Assembly (NCBI GenBank): GCA_963794615.1
Contig: CAWCEP010000010.1
Location: forward strand, 43,221-107,220
Direction of reading: 5' to 3'
DNA: 64,000 nucleotides
From: an uncultured Acidimicrobiales bacterium
Lineage (GTDB): Bacteria; Actinomycetota; Acidimicrobiia; Acidimicrobiales; UBA8190
Shown: in pieces, positions 46,619 through 56,831 of the stretch
How positions within the stretch are numbered: position 1 is the first letter of the stretch
Layout: the number at the start of each line of letters is the position of its first letter
Notes under the pieces: model-generated
Seen by the model: the letters and a program-made list of their open reading frames with translations, nothing else
Told to the model about the DNA's origin: nothing
The model's database searches: none
Made by a program: the position numbers and the translations under genes

Positions 46619-47069
46619 GTGAAGACGTCTCTGCTCACCGGGGCCGCAGTGGGCGGCGGTCCTGCGCATCGGGCTCGGGCTGTGGTGGCTCGAGAGCTTC
46701 CGGCACAAGAACCTCGAGGCCTGGATCAAGCGCCAGGCGGGGATCAACTGGGCCGCCGACATCGCCGCCAAGCACCGGTGGAAACTCGTCGGCACGGGCT
46801 TCGACGCCGTGGTGAAGCCCCATCCCAAGGCCATGACCTGGGTCATCCTCATGAGCGAGCTGTCGCTCGGGATCGGGCTGACCTTCGGGTTCCTCACCCC
46901 CGTCGCCGCCTTCGCCAGCATCGCCCTCAACCTCTTGTACTTCGTCCTCATGATCCATGACTGGGCGGAGCAAGGGCAGAACGCCATGATGGTCCTGGCC
47001 GCGGCGGTGATCCTGGGGACCCACGGCTGGCAGGTGTGGTCCATCGACCACCTCATCGGTTGGTTCTGA
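46619..47069 (+). pseudogene. DoxX/DoxD-like membrane protein with a frame break just after the start
   Basis: GTG 46619 gives 'MKTSLLTG', then the frame shifts (G-run near 46,641) into 'WAAVLRIGLGLWWLESF...LSLGIGLTFGFLTPVAAFASIALNLLYFVLM...'. The long frame has no start codon before 46806. Confidence 0.5.
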
Positions 47070-47142
47070 CGGACCGCCGGACGCAGCAGCACCGGCAACG
47101 CAGCAACACCGGGCAACACGGACAGCGGACAGGGAGTCGGGC

Positions 47143-49393
47143 ATGCCCATCGGCATCGGGGAGGACCACGAGGAGCTGCGCCGCACCGTGCGGCGCTGGC
47201 TCGAGGCGCGCTGCCCGCCCGCGGTGGCCCGCGCCCTGCTCGACGCCGAGACCGAGACCATGCCGCCGTTCTGGGACGAGTTGGCCGCGCCAGGGTTGGC
47301 TCGGGCATCCACGTGGCCGAGGAGTACGGCGGCCAGGGCTTCGGCATGCTCGAGCTCGCCGTGGTCGTCGAGGAGATGGCCCGGGCCGTGATGCCCGGGC
47401 CGGCCCTGCCCACCATGCTCGGCGCCGCCGTGGTGGCGGCCGGGGCCGACGACCCCCAGCGCAAGGCGCTGCTGCCGGCCATGGTCGACGGCACCGTCCC
47501 CACCGCCGTGGTCCTGCCCGGCGCCGGGACCCTCGACGGCCCGGCGCGCCGGCGACGGCTCGCTCGACGTCGATGGTGCGGTGGGGCCCGTGCTCGGCGC
47601 CACCCTGGCCAGGCGGCTCCTCGCCCCCGTGGCCGTCGAGGGTGGCGGCGTCGAGGGTGGCCGCCGTCGTGTGGTGCGTCATCGACCTCGACGGCGCCGG
47701 GGTCAGCGCCGCTCCGCTCGGCCAGCCTCGACCCGACCCGCCGGGTGGGAACGGTGCGCGTGGAGGGCCTCGTGGTCGAGCCCGAACGCCAGCTGCCGGC
47801 GGTGTCGAGCACCACGGTGCGAGACCTGGCCCTCGTGCTCGCCGCCGCCGAGTGCGCCGGCGGGGCGCGCTGGTGTCTCGACGTCGGGACGGCCTACGCC
47901 ATCGAGCGGCGCCAGTTCGGCCGCCCCATCGGGCAGTTCCAGGCCATCAAGCACCGCCTGGCCGACATGCTGGTGGCGGTCGAGCAGGTCACCGCGCTGG
48001 CGTGGGACACCGCCCAGGCCGCCGACGCCGGCGACGCCGCCCAGGCCCAGCTGTCGGCCGTGCTGGCCGGGGCCTTCGCCCTCGACGCCTCGTCGAGTGC
48101 GCCAAGGGCTGCATCCAGATCCTGGGGGGGATGGGCTTCACCTGGGAGCACGACGCCCACCTGTACCTGCGCCGGGCGCTGTCGCTGCGCCAGCTGGTGG
48201 GCCCGAGCTCGGCGCCTGCGGGTCGAGGCGCACGCGCGCCGCCCTCGACGGCAGCCGGCGCCGGCTCGTGCTGGATCTCCCCGAGGAAGCCGAGCGCATC
48301 CGGGAGCAGGTCCGCGCCGGTGGTGGCCGAGGTGGCCGCCGCGCCCGACCACGACGAGCGACGTCGGCGGCTGGTCGACGCCGGGCTTCTCACCCCGCAC
48401 TGGCCGGTGCCGTGGGGACGGGGTGCGGGCCCGGTCGAGCAGCTCGTGATCGACGAGGAGCTCGCCGCCGCCCGCGTGCACCGGCCCCATCTGGCCGTGG
48501 GCGCGTGGGCGCTGCCCACCATCATCGCCCACGGGACCGCTCGAGCAGCAGGAGCGCTGGGTGGGTCCCACCATGCGGGGCGAGCTCGTGTGGTGCCAGC
48601 TGTTCAGCGAGCCCGGGGCCGGCAGCGACCTCGCCGCCCTGGCGATGCGGGCCACGCGCCACGACGGCGGCTGGGTGCTCAACGGCCAGAAGGTGTGGAC
48701 CTCGATCGCCATGCGCGCCGACTGGGGGATCTGCCTGGCCCGCAGCGACCCCGACGCCGCCAAGCACGAGGGCATCACCTACTTCATCGTCGACATGCAC
48801 ACCGAGGGCATCGAGGTGCGGCCGCTGCGCGAGATCACCGGGGCGGCGATGTTCAACGAGGTGTTCTTCACCGACGTCTTCGTGCCCGACGACTGCGTGG
48901 TGGGGCAGGTCAACGGGGGATGGCGCCTGGCCCGCACCACCCTGGCCAACGAGCGGGTGTCCATGGCCTCGGGGGCCACGTGGGGATTCGGGATCGAGGG
49001 GATCCTCAAGGGCATCCAGGCCGGCTCCGAAGACACCGCGGCTCGAAGACGCCGTCGTCCTCGACGGTGTCGGGAGCCTGCTGGCCGAGGCCCAGTCGCT
49101 GGCGCTGCTCGGCGCCCGGACCACGCTGCGGTCGGTGTCGGGCGTCGAGCCCGGTCCCGAGGCGAGCGTGCGCAAGCTGCTCGGCGCCGAGCACGAGCAA
49201 CGCCTCCAGGAGTTCGGGCTCGTGCAGCTCGGTGCCCGCGAGCGCCACCACCGAGGGCGACGCGGGCCGGTGGAGCCAGGGCTTTCTCTCGGCCCGGTGT
49301 CTGACCATCGCCGGGGGCACGAGCGAGGTGCAGCGCAACGTGATCGGGGAGCGCATCCTGGGCCTGCCCCGCGACCCCGAGCCCGGGAGCTGA
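47143..49393 (+). pseudogene. large two-module acyl-CoA dehydrogenase, reading frame broken at least 10 times
   Basis: ACAD sequence can be followed across all three frames. Examples: 'FWDELAAPG/WLG/IHVAEEYGGQGFGMLELAVVVEEM', '...RQFGRPIGQFQAIKHRLADM...', 'VECAKGCIQILGGMGFTWEHDAHLYLRRA', '...GELVWCQLFSEPGAGSDLAAL...GWVLNGQKVWTS...', '...LTIAGGTSEVQRNVIGERILGLPRD'. Switches lie near 47.29, 47.30, 47.54, 47.66, 47.72, 48.10, 48.20, 48.32, 48.54, 49.04 and 49.25 kb, mostly at G/C runs. Confidence 0.8.
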
Positions 49394-49487
49394 GCGTCAC
49401 CGGGGTGTGAGCACAGGAACGGTTTTGACACGGTGACGGACACCGACGCCCAAGCTGCGGCGACCGGGCGAGAAGGGACGGAGGGAC

Positions 49488-49920
49488 ATGGCTGAGGCCA
49501 CGCGGTACTACGAGGACGTCAAAGAGGGCGACGAGGCGCCGGCCGTCGAGCCACACCCTGACCCGGACCGATCTGGTGCGCTATGCCGGCGCCTCGGGGG
49601 ACTACAACCCCATGCACCACGACGAGATCCTCGCCACCGCGGCCGGCCAGCCCAGCGTGTTCGGCCACGGGATGTTCTCCATGGGCCTGCTCGGCACGGC
49701 CCTCACCGACTACGTCGGGCCCGGCAACCTCACCCACTACAAGGTGCGCTTCTCCCGCCAGACCTGGCCCGGGGAGGAGCTCACCACCAAGATCGTGGTG
49801 ACGGGCAAGCGCGTCGAGGACGGCCGCAACCTGGTCGACCTCGAGTGCAGCCTCGCCAACGGCGACGGCGAGGTGAAGGTCGTGGGCGAGGCCACGGCGG
49901 TGCTGCCCAGCAAGGCCTGA
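49488..49920 (+). pseudogene. MaoC-like (R)-hydratase hotdog subunit (HadB-like) with one frame break
   Basis: 'MAEATRYYEDVKEGDEAPAVE' in one frame, then 'HTLTRTDLVRYAGASGDYNPMHHDEILATAAGQPSVFGHGMFSMG...' in the next. The switch is near nt 49,551. Confidence 0.7.
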
Positions 49921-50014
49921 GGCGGCGCCCCCGGGGGCGCTCGCTCAGGACCTGGTGCTGGGTTCGAAATGGACCGGACTCGCGGCCCGACCCGGGGCCG
50001 GCGCCGCGTGTGAC

Positions 50015-50600
50015 TCAGCAGCCCGGCGGGCTCCCGGTCTTGCCTTCGGCCGAGTAGAAGAGCCCGAGCAGCGTGCAGATCGTCATCTTGGCCACGAGCC
50101 AGTGGCCGTCGGTGAACACGGCGTAGCCGTTGTTGTTGGGCAGGATGGCCGTTCCCCCCGTGCCGAGGATGTCGTAGACGACCTTGGCGCACTGCGACCG
50201 GCAGGTGCTGCGCGGTGCACTGGCTCGCGGTCAGGATGCTGACGCTGTCGATCTTCGACCCTTGCGACGCGCTCGCCTCGGACGACGACAGCGCCTGCTG
50301 CATCGCGGCGGTGATCGACTGCCCGTCCTGGATGACGGCCACCTTGCTGGCCAGGTCCGGGTTCGCGAGGTTGAACAGCGTGTTGTAGGTGGTGGCGATG
50401 TCGGCCTGGGCCGTGGTGGGGTCGATGGCGACGGTGGTGGTGGTCGCCTTGGTGGTGGTCGTCGCCGAGGGGGTGCTGCTGCAAGCGGCCGCACCGAGGG
50501 TGAGCCCGGCCATGACGGCGACCGCTATGACACGCGGTGTGCGGCGTCGGCCGCGGTGCCTCGTGCCGTCCGCCGTGGTGGTGCTGAGTAGTCCGAGCAT
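50015..50600 (-). pseudogene. lipoprotein with one frame break
   Basis: '...AVMAGLTLGAAACSSTPS...AVIQDGQSITAAMQQAL...SILTASQCTAQHLPV', then a frame switch near nt 50,190-50,200 into 'CAKVVYDILGTGGTAILPNNNGYAVFTDGHWLVAKMTICTLLGLFYSAEGKTGSPPGC*'. Confidence 0.6.
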
Positions 50601-50769
50601 GGTGTGGGCCTCCCCTTGAATCGGTGCGCCGCTTCCCCTTGGGCTGCCAGAGGTTAACCGGATCCCCGGCGCCGTACCTGACATTCTCGTCAGGGACGTG
50701 CCGATCCGCTGCCGGGGGCCCTCCGGCCCCGAGCCGACCGCCCCGGAAGGTCGGAGGAGGCGGAGCGGA

Positions 50770-51675
50770 TCAGAAGGTGAAGGGAGGCAGGCCCGAGGCC
50801 GCGGGTGGCGAAGAGCGTCGCCTTGTTGTCGGCCAGCTCCTTCGGTGTCCACCCCGTGTCCCGCTTGAGCTGGCCGGCCGGCTGCCACCCCTGCATGACC
50901 CAGACCGACCCGCCGTACACGACGAAGTTCTGCCCGTTCACGTCGGCGGCCTCGTCCGAGGCCAGGAACACCACCAGCGGGGCCACGTTCTCGGGGGCGA
51001 AGGCGTCGAACTTGCCCTCCTCGGCCTTGGCCATGTCGCCGAAGAGGTCCTCGGTCATGCGGGTGCGGGCCCGCGGCGAGATGGCGTTGACGGTCACGCC
51101 GTAGCGCTCCAGCTCGCGGCCCGAGGATGATGGTCATGGCCGCGATGCCGGCCTTGGCGGCGCCGTAGTTGGCCTGCCCGGCGTTGCCGAAGAGCCCGGC
51201 CTCCGACGCCGTGTTGATGATGCGGCCCGAGACGTCCTCGCCCGCCTTGGCGCGGTTGCGCCAGTGGACCGCGGCGAAGTGCGACAGTGGCGAAGTGGCC
51301 CTTCAGGTGGACGCGGATGACGTCGTCCCAGTCGGACTCGTCCATGTTGAAGCTCATCTTGTCCCGAAGGATGCCGGCGTTGTTGACGAGGATGTCGAGC
51401 TTGCCCCAGGCGTCCACCGCCTGGGCCACCAGCGCCTCGGCCCCGGCCCACGAGCTCACGTCGCAGCTGTTGAGCAGGGCTTCGCCTCCGGCCGACTTGA
51501 TGTCCTGCACGGTCTGCTCGGCGGGGTGCACGTCGCTGCCTTCGCCCGCACGCGAGGCGCCGACGTCGTTCACGATGACCTTGGCACCTTCGGCCGCCAG
51601 CAGGAGGGCCTCGGCGCGCCCGATCCCTCGTCCGGCGCCGCTGACGATGGCGGTCTTTCCCTCGAGCATGCCCAT
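50770..51675 (-). pseudogene. SDR-family oxidoreductase with about three frame breaks
   Basis: 'MGMLEGKTAIVSGAGRGIG...ILVNNAGILRD...VHLKGHFAT/SHFAAVHWRNRAKAGEDVSGRIINTASEAGLFGNAGQANYGAAKAGIAAMTIILG/RELERYGVTVNAISPRA.../LPPFTF*'. Switches lie near 51,285, 51,120 and 50,793. Confidence 0.7.
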
Positions 51676-51874
51676 CAGGTGTCCTCCTGCTTCTGCTTCA
51701 CAGCCTCGGGCCCGACGCCCGCCGCCGGGTCCTGCGCCACGTTGACGTCGGATCTGGAACCCGGGCAGCATGGCCGATGGTGCGAGCCAGGGTCAACATG
51801 GCCGCACGCCCGGAAGCGGCCCCTGCCGGGACCGGCGACGACGACATTCCTGAGCGTGAACGAGGCAGAAACCC

Positions 51875-52286
51875 ATGGCGAGGACCCGGTTCGATCTCCC
51901 CACCCCCGACGATTTCACCCAGGCGTGGTGGGACGCGGTCGGCGAGGGCCGTCTCCTGCTCATGCGCTGCTCCACCTGCGGCCGAGGCGCACTACTACCC
52001 CCGGCCCTTCTGCCCCCGTTGCGGCGCCGACACGGTGTCGTGGGAGGAGGCGAGCGGTGACGCCACGCTCTACACGTGGTCGGTCGTGTACCAGAACGAC
52101 CTTCCGCCCTTCAACGAGCGGGTGCCCTACGTGGCCGCGGTGGTCGACCTGGCCGAGGGCCCCCGGATGATGACCAACGTCGTCGGGTGCGAGATCGACG
52201 ACCTCGCCGTGGGCATGGCGCTGCGCGTGGAGTTCACCGACATCGGCGACGGGTACCACGTGCCCATGTTCCGTCCCGCGGCGTAG
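51875..52286 (+). pseudogene. DUF35-type Zn-ribbon/OB-fold protein with one frame break
   Basis: 'MARTRFDLPTPDDFTQAWWDAVGEGRLLLMRCSTCGR', then a frame switch near 51,985 into 'HYYPRPFCPRCGADTVSWEEASGDATLYTWSVVYQ...RVEF'. Confidence 0.7.
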
Positions 52287-52297
52287 CGGACCCGGCG

Positions 52298-53053
52298 ATG
52301 CAGCGTTCGGGGGGCAGGGTCGCGCTGGTCACCGGGGGGAGCCGGGGGATCGGCCGGGCGTGCGCCTTGGCCCTGGCCGGCGACGGCTTCGACGTGGCCG
52401 TCAACTACCGGCGCGACGCCGAGGCGGCCGCCGACACGGTGGCGGCCATCGAGGCGCTGGGCGCTTGCGCCAAGAGCTACCCGGCCTCGGTCGAGTCCGC
52501 GGCCGAGGACCAGTCCATGGTGGAGGCGGTGCTCGAGGACTTCGGCGCCATCGACGCCCTCGTGCACTCGGCGGGCATCGCCAGCCGCGGCCACACCGTG
52601 GCCGAGACCGACCCGGCCGAGCTCGAGCGCGTCGTGGCCGTCCACGCCTTCGGGGCGCACCACCTGTGCCGGCTCGCGCTCCCGTCGATGCGGACGCGGC
52701 CGCGCGGCGACGTCGTCTTCGTCTCGAGCGTCGCAGCCCGGATGCTCGCCCCCAACAGCGCCCCGTACAACATGGGCAAGGCCGCGCTCGAGGCCCTGGC
52801 CGTGACCCTCGCCAAGGAGGAGCGCCGTCATGGGATCCACGTGAACGTGGTCGCCCCCGGCCTTGTCGTCACCGAGATGGGTCGTCGCCTGGTCCGAGCC
52901 ATGGGGGTCGAAGACATCGCCACTATGGACGCCGGCGCCGCCTTCGGGCGGGTGTGTCGGCCCGAAGACGTGGCCGGCGTCGTGCGGTTCCTGTGCTCGG
53001 ACGAGGCCGGCTACGTGACCGGCCAGGTGATAGCGGTGGACGGGGGAGGCTGA
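52298..53053 (+). CDS. SDR-family oxidoreductase (FabG-like), intact
   Basis: 'ALVTGGSRGIGRA', 'HSAGI' and 'YNMGKAALE'. Confidence 0.85.
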   Translation: MQRSGGRVALVTGGSRGIGRACALALAGDGFDVAVNYRRDAEAAADTVAAIEALGACAKSYPASVESAAEDQSMVEAVLEDFGAIDALVHSAGIASRGHTVAETDPAELERVVAVHAFGAHHLCRLALPSMRTRPRGDVVFVSSVAARMLAPNSAPYNMGKAALEALAVTLAKEERRHGIHVNVVAPGLVVTEMGRRLVRAMGVEDIATMDAGAAFGRVCRPEDVAGVVRFLCSDEAGYVTGQVIAVDGGG

Positions 53054-53151
53054 CGCTCCGAACTCGGCCCTCGAGCCCATCGATCGGGCGCTCTGCACGA
53101 CTTCTTGACAATCAGCGGGCGCGGCCGAGGATAGCCCCGGGGCCGACGTGC

Positions 53152-53685
53152 TCAGCCCGCCAGGCGCGCCAGCGTCGTCACGGTCTTGAGGGTGCGTGTG
53201 GTCGCGGTCACGCCCAAGCGACGCTCGATGAAGGCGTTGTTGATCTTGGTGGTGCCATAGCCCCGGGGGCAGTGCACGAAGACCTCGCTGCGAACCACCC
53301 GGAACTCGTCGGGGAGGAAGGCCTCGGTGTCGAGGGGCGTGACGCGCGAGGACGGCGGTCGAGAAGCCAAGAAGGTCACGTGCAGCTTGGCGGGGTCGCG
53401 CCCCCCACCGGCGAGGGGGTTGCCATCGATGACGTCGGCGAGCTGGGCGCCGGTGCGCAGGACGACGTTGATGCCGAGGCCGAACCGGGCCTCGAGCCCT
53501 TGTTCGATGACCGAACGAAGGTGGGCGGCCGACCCCGACGCGCTGAACACCACGTTGCCGCTCTGGATGTAGGTGCGGGCGTCGTCGAAGCCCATGGCGA
53601 CGAAGCTGTCGCGCAGCTCCGGCATGGACACCTTGTTGTGGCCACCGACGTTGATCCCCCTCAGCATCGCTGCGTACGCCGTCAC
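53152..53685 (-). CDS. DUF1697-family protein
   Basis: 'YAAMLRGINVGGHNKVSMPELRDSF...ARTYIQSGNVVF' is the characteristic DUF1697 N-terminus. The GTG start is at 53685. Confidence 0.75.
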   Translation of the reverse strand: MTAYAAMLRGINVGGHNKVSMPELRDSFVAMGFDDARTYIQSGNVVFSASGSAAHLRSVIEQGLEARFGLGINVVLRTGAQLADVIDGNPLAGGGRDPAKLHVTFLASRPPSSRVTPLDTEAFLPDEFRVVRSEVFVHCPRGYGTTKINNAFIERRLGVTATTRTLKTVTTLARLAG

Positions 53686-53695
53686 GGCGGGCTCA

Positions 53696-54265
53696 TCACG
53701 GCCTTCGTCCCGTGAAGTCCAACAACCGCTGTTGCAGGGGGGCGTTCTCGGCGACGTCCCCGCTCGGGCCCGTCCCGAACACGCCGATCTGACCGATGAA
53801 CGGGGCCATGGGCTGCATGGCGTTCCAGGTGGTGACGACCAGGTCGGGGTCCAGTCGTTCGTCACCGCCGGTGGACCGGGCCACGTCCCAACTGTGGAGG
53901 AGATAGTCCCCGGTCCGGAATCCGAACAGGGTCGCCCCCGGGACGTCACCGGCGGCGGGGTGATGCACGGTCGTCTCGAACGCGTCGGGCGCCCCGAAGG
54001 CGGCGAGCTCGTCGGCCATCGCCGCGTCGAGCTCGGCCGGGAGGTCCGTTCCGTGCTCGACACCGAACGCCGAGCGGCTCTCGTCTGCTGATGCCCCGCC
54101 GAGCAATAGGACCGTCATGTGGCTTCCCTCGATCAGGTGCACCACCAGGTCTGTGACGGTCCAGCCCGCGCACGGCGTCACGAGGTCCCACTGCCCGGGG
54201 GCGATGGCCGCCACCCGGCGCCGGATCTCGGTCTGCGACGTGGCGAGATCGGTTACGTCGGCCAC
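53696..54265 (-). CDS. DinB-fold / maleylpyruvate-isomerase N-terminal-like (TIGR03086-type) protein
   Basis: 'PCAGWTVTDLVVHLIEG' and 'DYLLHSWDVARSTG'. RBS 'aaaggagac' upstream of the GTG at 54265. Confidence 0.7.
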   Translation of the reverse strand: MADVTDLATSQTEIRRRVAAIAPGQWDLVTPCAGWTVTDLVVHLIEGSHMTVLLLGGASADESRSAFGVEHGTDLPAELDAAMADELAAFGAPDAFETTVHHPAAGDVPGATLFGFRTGDYLLHSWDVARSTGGDERLDPDLVVTTWNAMQPMAPFIGQIGVFGTGPSGDVAENAPLQQRLLDFTGRRP

Positions 54266-54302
54266 GGTGTCTCCTTTCGGTCGGGTGAGCCCAGGGGTGG
54301 GG

Positions 54303-55901
54303 TCACCGCATCTCCACGTCCTCGAGGTATTCCTCGCGCCACAATTCGTAGCGCTCCTCGGGCAGGTGCAGCGCATGGGTCGGACGCAGGGCGTCGACGA
54401 AGGGCCGGTCGTGGCTCACGGCCACGACCGTGCCGGGCCAGGTGCTGAGCATCGCACCGACGGCCTCGACCGACGCCGGGTCCAGGTTGTTGGTGGGCTC
54501 GTCCAGCACCAGGAGGTTGGCGCGGCCCGCCGACAGCATGGCCAAGCTGAGCTTGGCCCGCTCTCCCCCCGAGAGCGACGCCGGCAGCTGCTCGGCCGTG
54601 GCGCCGGTGAGCCCGAACGAGCCCAGGAGCGCCCGGCGCTCGGACACCGTCCGCAGCACGGTGTCGTCGATCTGCTCCAACGCACAGAGGGCGGGGTCGA
54701 GTTGTTCGTGCTCCTGCGCGAAGTAGCCCAGCGAGACGTTGTGCCCGACCTCCACCGCGCCCTGGGTCGGTTCCTGGACCGCGGCCAGGCACCGGAGCAG
54801 GCTGCTCTTGCCCGCCCCGTTCCGGCCGATCACCACCACCCGGTCACCGCGCCCCACCACGAAGTCGATGTTGAGGAGCACCTTCTTCGCACCGTAGGAG
54901 ACCTGGACGCCCTGGACGGCCAGGGGCAAGGCACCCGAGCGTGCCGGCGTGGGGAGGCGGAACCGTGTCTTGCGGTCCCGCTTCACGAGTTCGGTGCGGT
55001 TGCCTTTCATGCGCTCGACCCGGCGATCGAGCACTTTGGCCTTGCGGGCCCGGTCCTCGGTGCTGGCCCGCATGGAGTCGGCCAGGGTGCTGAGCTTGCG
55101 GATCTGGCGGTCTTCGAGCGACCGTCGCTTCTCGCGCTGCTCGATGTCGGCCATGAGCTGGTGGCGGTAGGAGGTGTAGTTCCCCTTGAACTCCCGCAGT
55201 CCTCCTTCGGCCAGGCTCAGCACCTTGGTGATGACCTTGTCGAGCAGCTTCAGGTCGTGGCTGATGACGAGCATGGCCCCGGCGAAGCGCGACAGCTCGG
55301 CCGTGAGCCACCGCTTGGCGGCGAGGTCGAGATGGTTGGTCGGCTCGTCGAGCACGAGCGTGTCGGGCCGCCCGAACAGGACCCGGACGATGTCGACGCG
55401 CCGGCGCTGTCCACCCGACAGGGAGTCGATGTCGTCGAACAACGTTTCCTGGCGCAGTCCGATCCCCTCGGCCAGGCGGGCGATGTCGGCCTCGAGGTTG
55501 TACCCGCCGGCGGCGCCATAGCGCTCTTCGAGGTCGGTGAAGCGGGTGATGGCCTCGGTGGTGGGATCGGCCGCCACCGCCCGGCGAGCGGTGTGCATCT
55601 CCTCGTCGAGGACGTCGAGGCCCCGGGCGGAGAGCACGTGGGAGAAGCCGGTGGGCTCGAGCCCGAGACCGCCTGCGGTCGGCACCTGGGGCAAGAAGCC
55701 GATGGTCCCCTGGATATCCACGTCCCCCGCCACCCGCAGATGCGGGGGGACCTGGCGGCAGATGACCGAGACCAGCGACGACTTGCCGGTCCCGTTCCGG
55801 CCCACCAGGCCCACCTTGTCTTCGGGCCCGACCATGAACGACGCCTCGCGCAGCAACGTCCTCCCACCGATCTCGATGGTGACGTCGCGGCCCGTGATCA
55901 T
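54303..55901 (-). CDS. ABC-F family ATPase (two ABC cassettes, no TM domain)
   Basis: Walker A 'GRNGTGKSS' and 'GRNGAGKSS'. Signatures 'LSGGQRRR' and 'LSGGERAK'. Walker B 'LVLDEPTNHLD' and 'LVLDEPTNNLD'. Confidence 0.9.
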   Translation of the reverse strand: MITGRDVTIEIGGRTLLREASFMVGPEDKVGLVGRNGTGKSSLVSVICRQVPPHLRVAGDVDIQGTIGFLPQVPTAGGLGLEPTGFSHVLSARGLDVLDEEMHTARRAVAADPTTEAITRFTDLEERYGAAGGYNLEADIARLAEGIGLRQETLFDDIDSLSGGQRRRVDIVRVLFGRPDTLVLDEPTNHLDLAAKRWLTAELSRFAGAMLVISHDLKLLDKVITKVLSLAEGGLREFKGNYTSYRHQLMADIEQREKRRSLEDRQIRKLSTLADSMRASTEDRARKAKVLDRRVERMKGNRTELVKRDRKTRFRLPTPARSGALPLAVQGVQVSYGAKKVLLNIDFVVGRGDRVVVIGRNGAGKSSLLRCLAAVQEPTQGAVEVGHNVSLGYFAQEHEQLDPALCALEQIDDTVLRTVSERRALLGSFGLTGATAEQLPASLSGGERAKLSLAMLSAGRANLLVLDEPTNNLDPASVEAVGAMLSTWPGTVVAVSHDRPFVDALRPTHALHLPEERYELWREEYLEDVEMR

Positions 55902-55970
55902 CCCTCTATTGCATCAGGTCGGTGACCTGGTGCTGAACACACAGGTGATCGGTCGCGGCAGGGTGCCCAG

Positions 55971-56053
55971 TGCGGGCGAGAGGAGTCGAACCTCCACCCC
56001 CCGTAAGGGACGGGGACCTAAACCCCGCGCGTCTACCGTTCCGCCACGCCCGC
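55971..56053 (-). tRNA. tRNA-Leu (anticodon UAG), class II with long variable arm
   Basis: 'GCGGGCGTGGCGGAACGGTAGACGCGCGGGGTTTAGGTCCCCGTCCCTTACGGGGGGTGGAGGTTCGACTCCTCTCGCCCGCA'. It is colinear with E. coli tRNA-Leu. The anticodon loop is TT-TAG-GT. CCA is not encoded. Confidence 0.9.
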
Positions 56054-56158
56054 ATTGCCCCACGCCGGCATCTCGCCGCCTCCCGGGACACGCCGAGCCT
56101 ATCGGTCGCCCTGCGCACCCTCGCCGACCCTGGCCGGCATCCCAGGTAGCCTCGTGGC

Positions 56159-56797
56159 ATGGCATCGCACCCCACGCACGTATCGCCCCTGGTCACAGCG
56201 CCGCCCCCGTCGATGCGGACGGGCAACCTGCCCGACCTGGCCTCGGCGGACGTCTTCCAGCGCCTGCTCAAGGAGCGCATCATCTTCCTGGGGAGCGCCA
56301 TCGATGACACCGTGGCGAACCAGGTGTGCGCGCAGCTCCTCCTGCTCGCGGCCGAGAACGCCGAGCGGGACGTGGCGCTGTACATCAACTCCCCGGGGGG
56401 CTCGGTGACCGACGGCATGGCCATCTACGACACGATGCAGTACGTCAGCTGCGACGTGAGCACGATCTGTGTCGGCCTGGCGGCCTCGATGGGCCAGTTC
56501 CTGCTCTGCGCCGGGGCACCGGGGAAGAGGTTCGCGCTGCCTCACAGCCGGATCCTCATGCACCAGCCGTCGGGGCAGATGCAGGGCCAGGCGACCGACA
56601 TCGCCATCCAGGCCGAGCAAATCGTCTATATGAAGCGGATGATGGCCGAACGCATCGCCTTCCACACCGGCCAGCCCCTCGAGCGCATCGAGGCGGACTC
56701 GGACCGTGACCGGTGGTTCACCGCCGAGGAGGCGAACGACTACGGGTTCATCGACCGGGTGATCGAACACTCCACCCCGCAGGCAGCGGCCCGCTGA
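56159..56797 (+). CDS. clpP: ATP-dependent Clp protease proteolytic subunit
   Basis: '[10 protein letters not shown]', 'YINSPGGSV', the catalytic '[11 protein letters not shown]', and 'MHQPSG'. An alternative start is the ATG at 56213. Confidence 0.92.
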   Translation: MASHPTHVSPLVTAPPPSMRTGNLPDLASADVFQRLLKERIIFLGSAIDDTVANQVCAQLLLLAAENAERDVALYINSPGGSVTDGMAIYDTMQYVSCDVSTICVGLAASMGQFLLCAGAPGKRFALPHSRILMHQPSGQMQGQATDIAIQAEQIVYMKRMMAERIAFHTGQPLERIEADSDRDRWFTAEEANDYGFIDRVIEHSTPQAAAR

Positions 56798-56831
56798 GCA
56801 CGAGGCCCAGGGAGTCGAACGGAGCGATCCG

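Noticed and set aside
47143-49393. Programmed ribosomal frameshifting or recoding in the acyl-CoA dehydrogenase gene
   Set aside because: There are ten or more switches in both directions, with no slippery heptamer or stimulatory structure pattern. Neighbouring unrelated genes are affected in the same way. This is incompatible with programmed recoding.
49737-51137. 466-aa minus-strand ORF as one gene
   Set aside because: It is a chimera created by the frame breaks. It concatenates out-of-frame parts of the MaoC region, the lipoprotein gene and the SDR gene.
51273-51297. Apparent 16-nt duplication ('ggcgaagtg-cgacagt-ggcgaagtg') disrupting the SDR gene
   Set aside because: A single-base insertion in 'actGtcg' restores '...HLKGHFATSHFAAVHWRNR...'. 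This fits the family better than deleting 16 nt. The repeated 9-mer simply encodes the two 'HFA' tripeptides.
54117-55925. 602-aa ORF on the plus strand
   Set aside because: It is antisense to the ABC-F gene, which has two complete Walker A, signature and Walker B sets. The plus-strand product is Arg/Gly/Pro/His-rich low-complexity sequence, a typical high-G+C shadow ORF. The same reasoning applies to these track ORFs:
- 39772..40824(-)
- 41709..42680(-)
- 42064..43296(-)
- 43386..44108(-)
- 44607..46622(+)
- 46589..47815(-)
- 56099..57115(-)
- 56748..57938(-)
- 57802..59088(-)
- 59964..61517(-)
- 61207..62355(-)
- 62628..63773(+)
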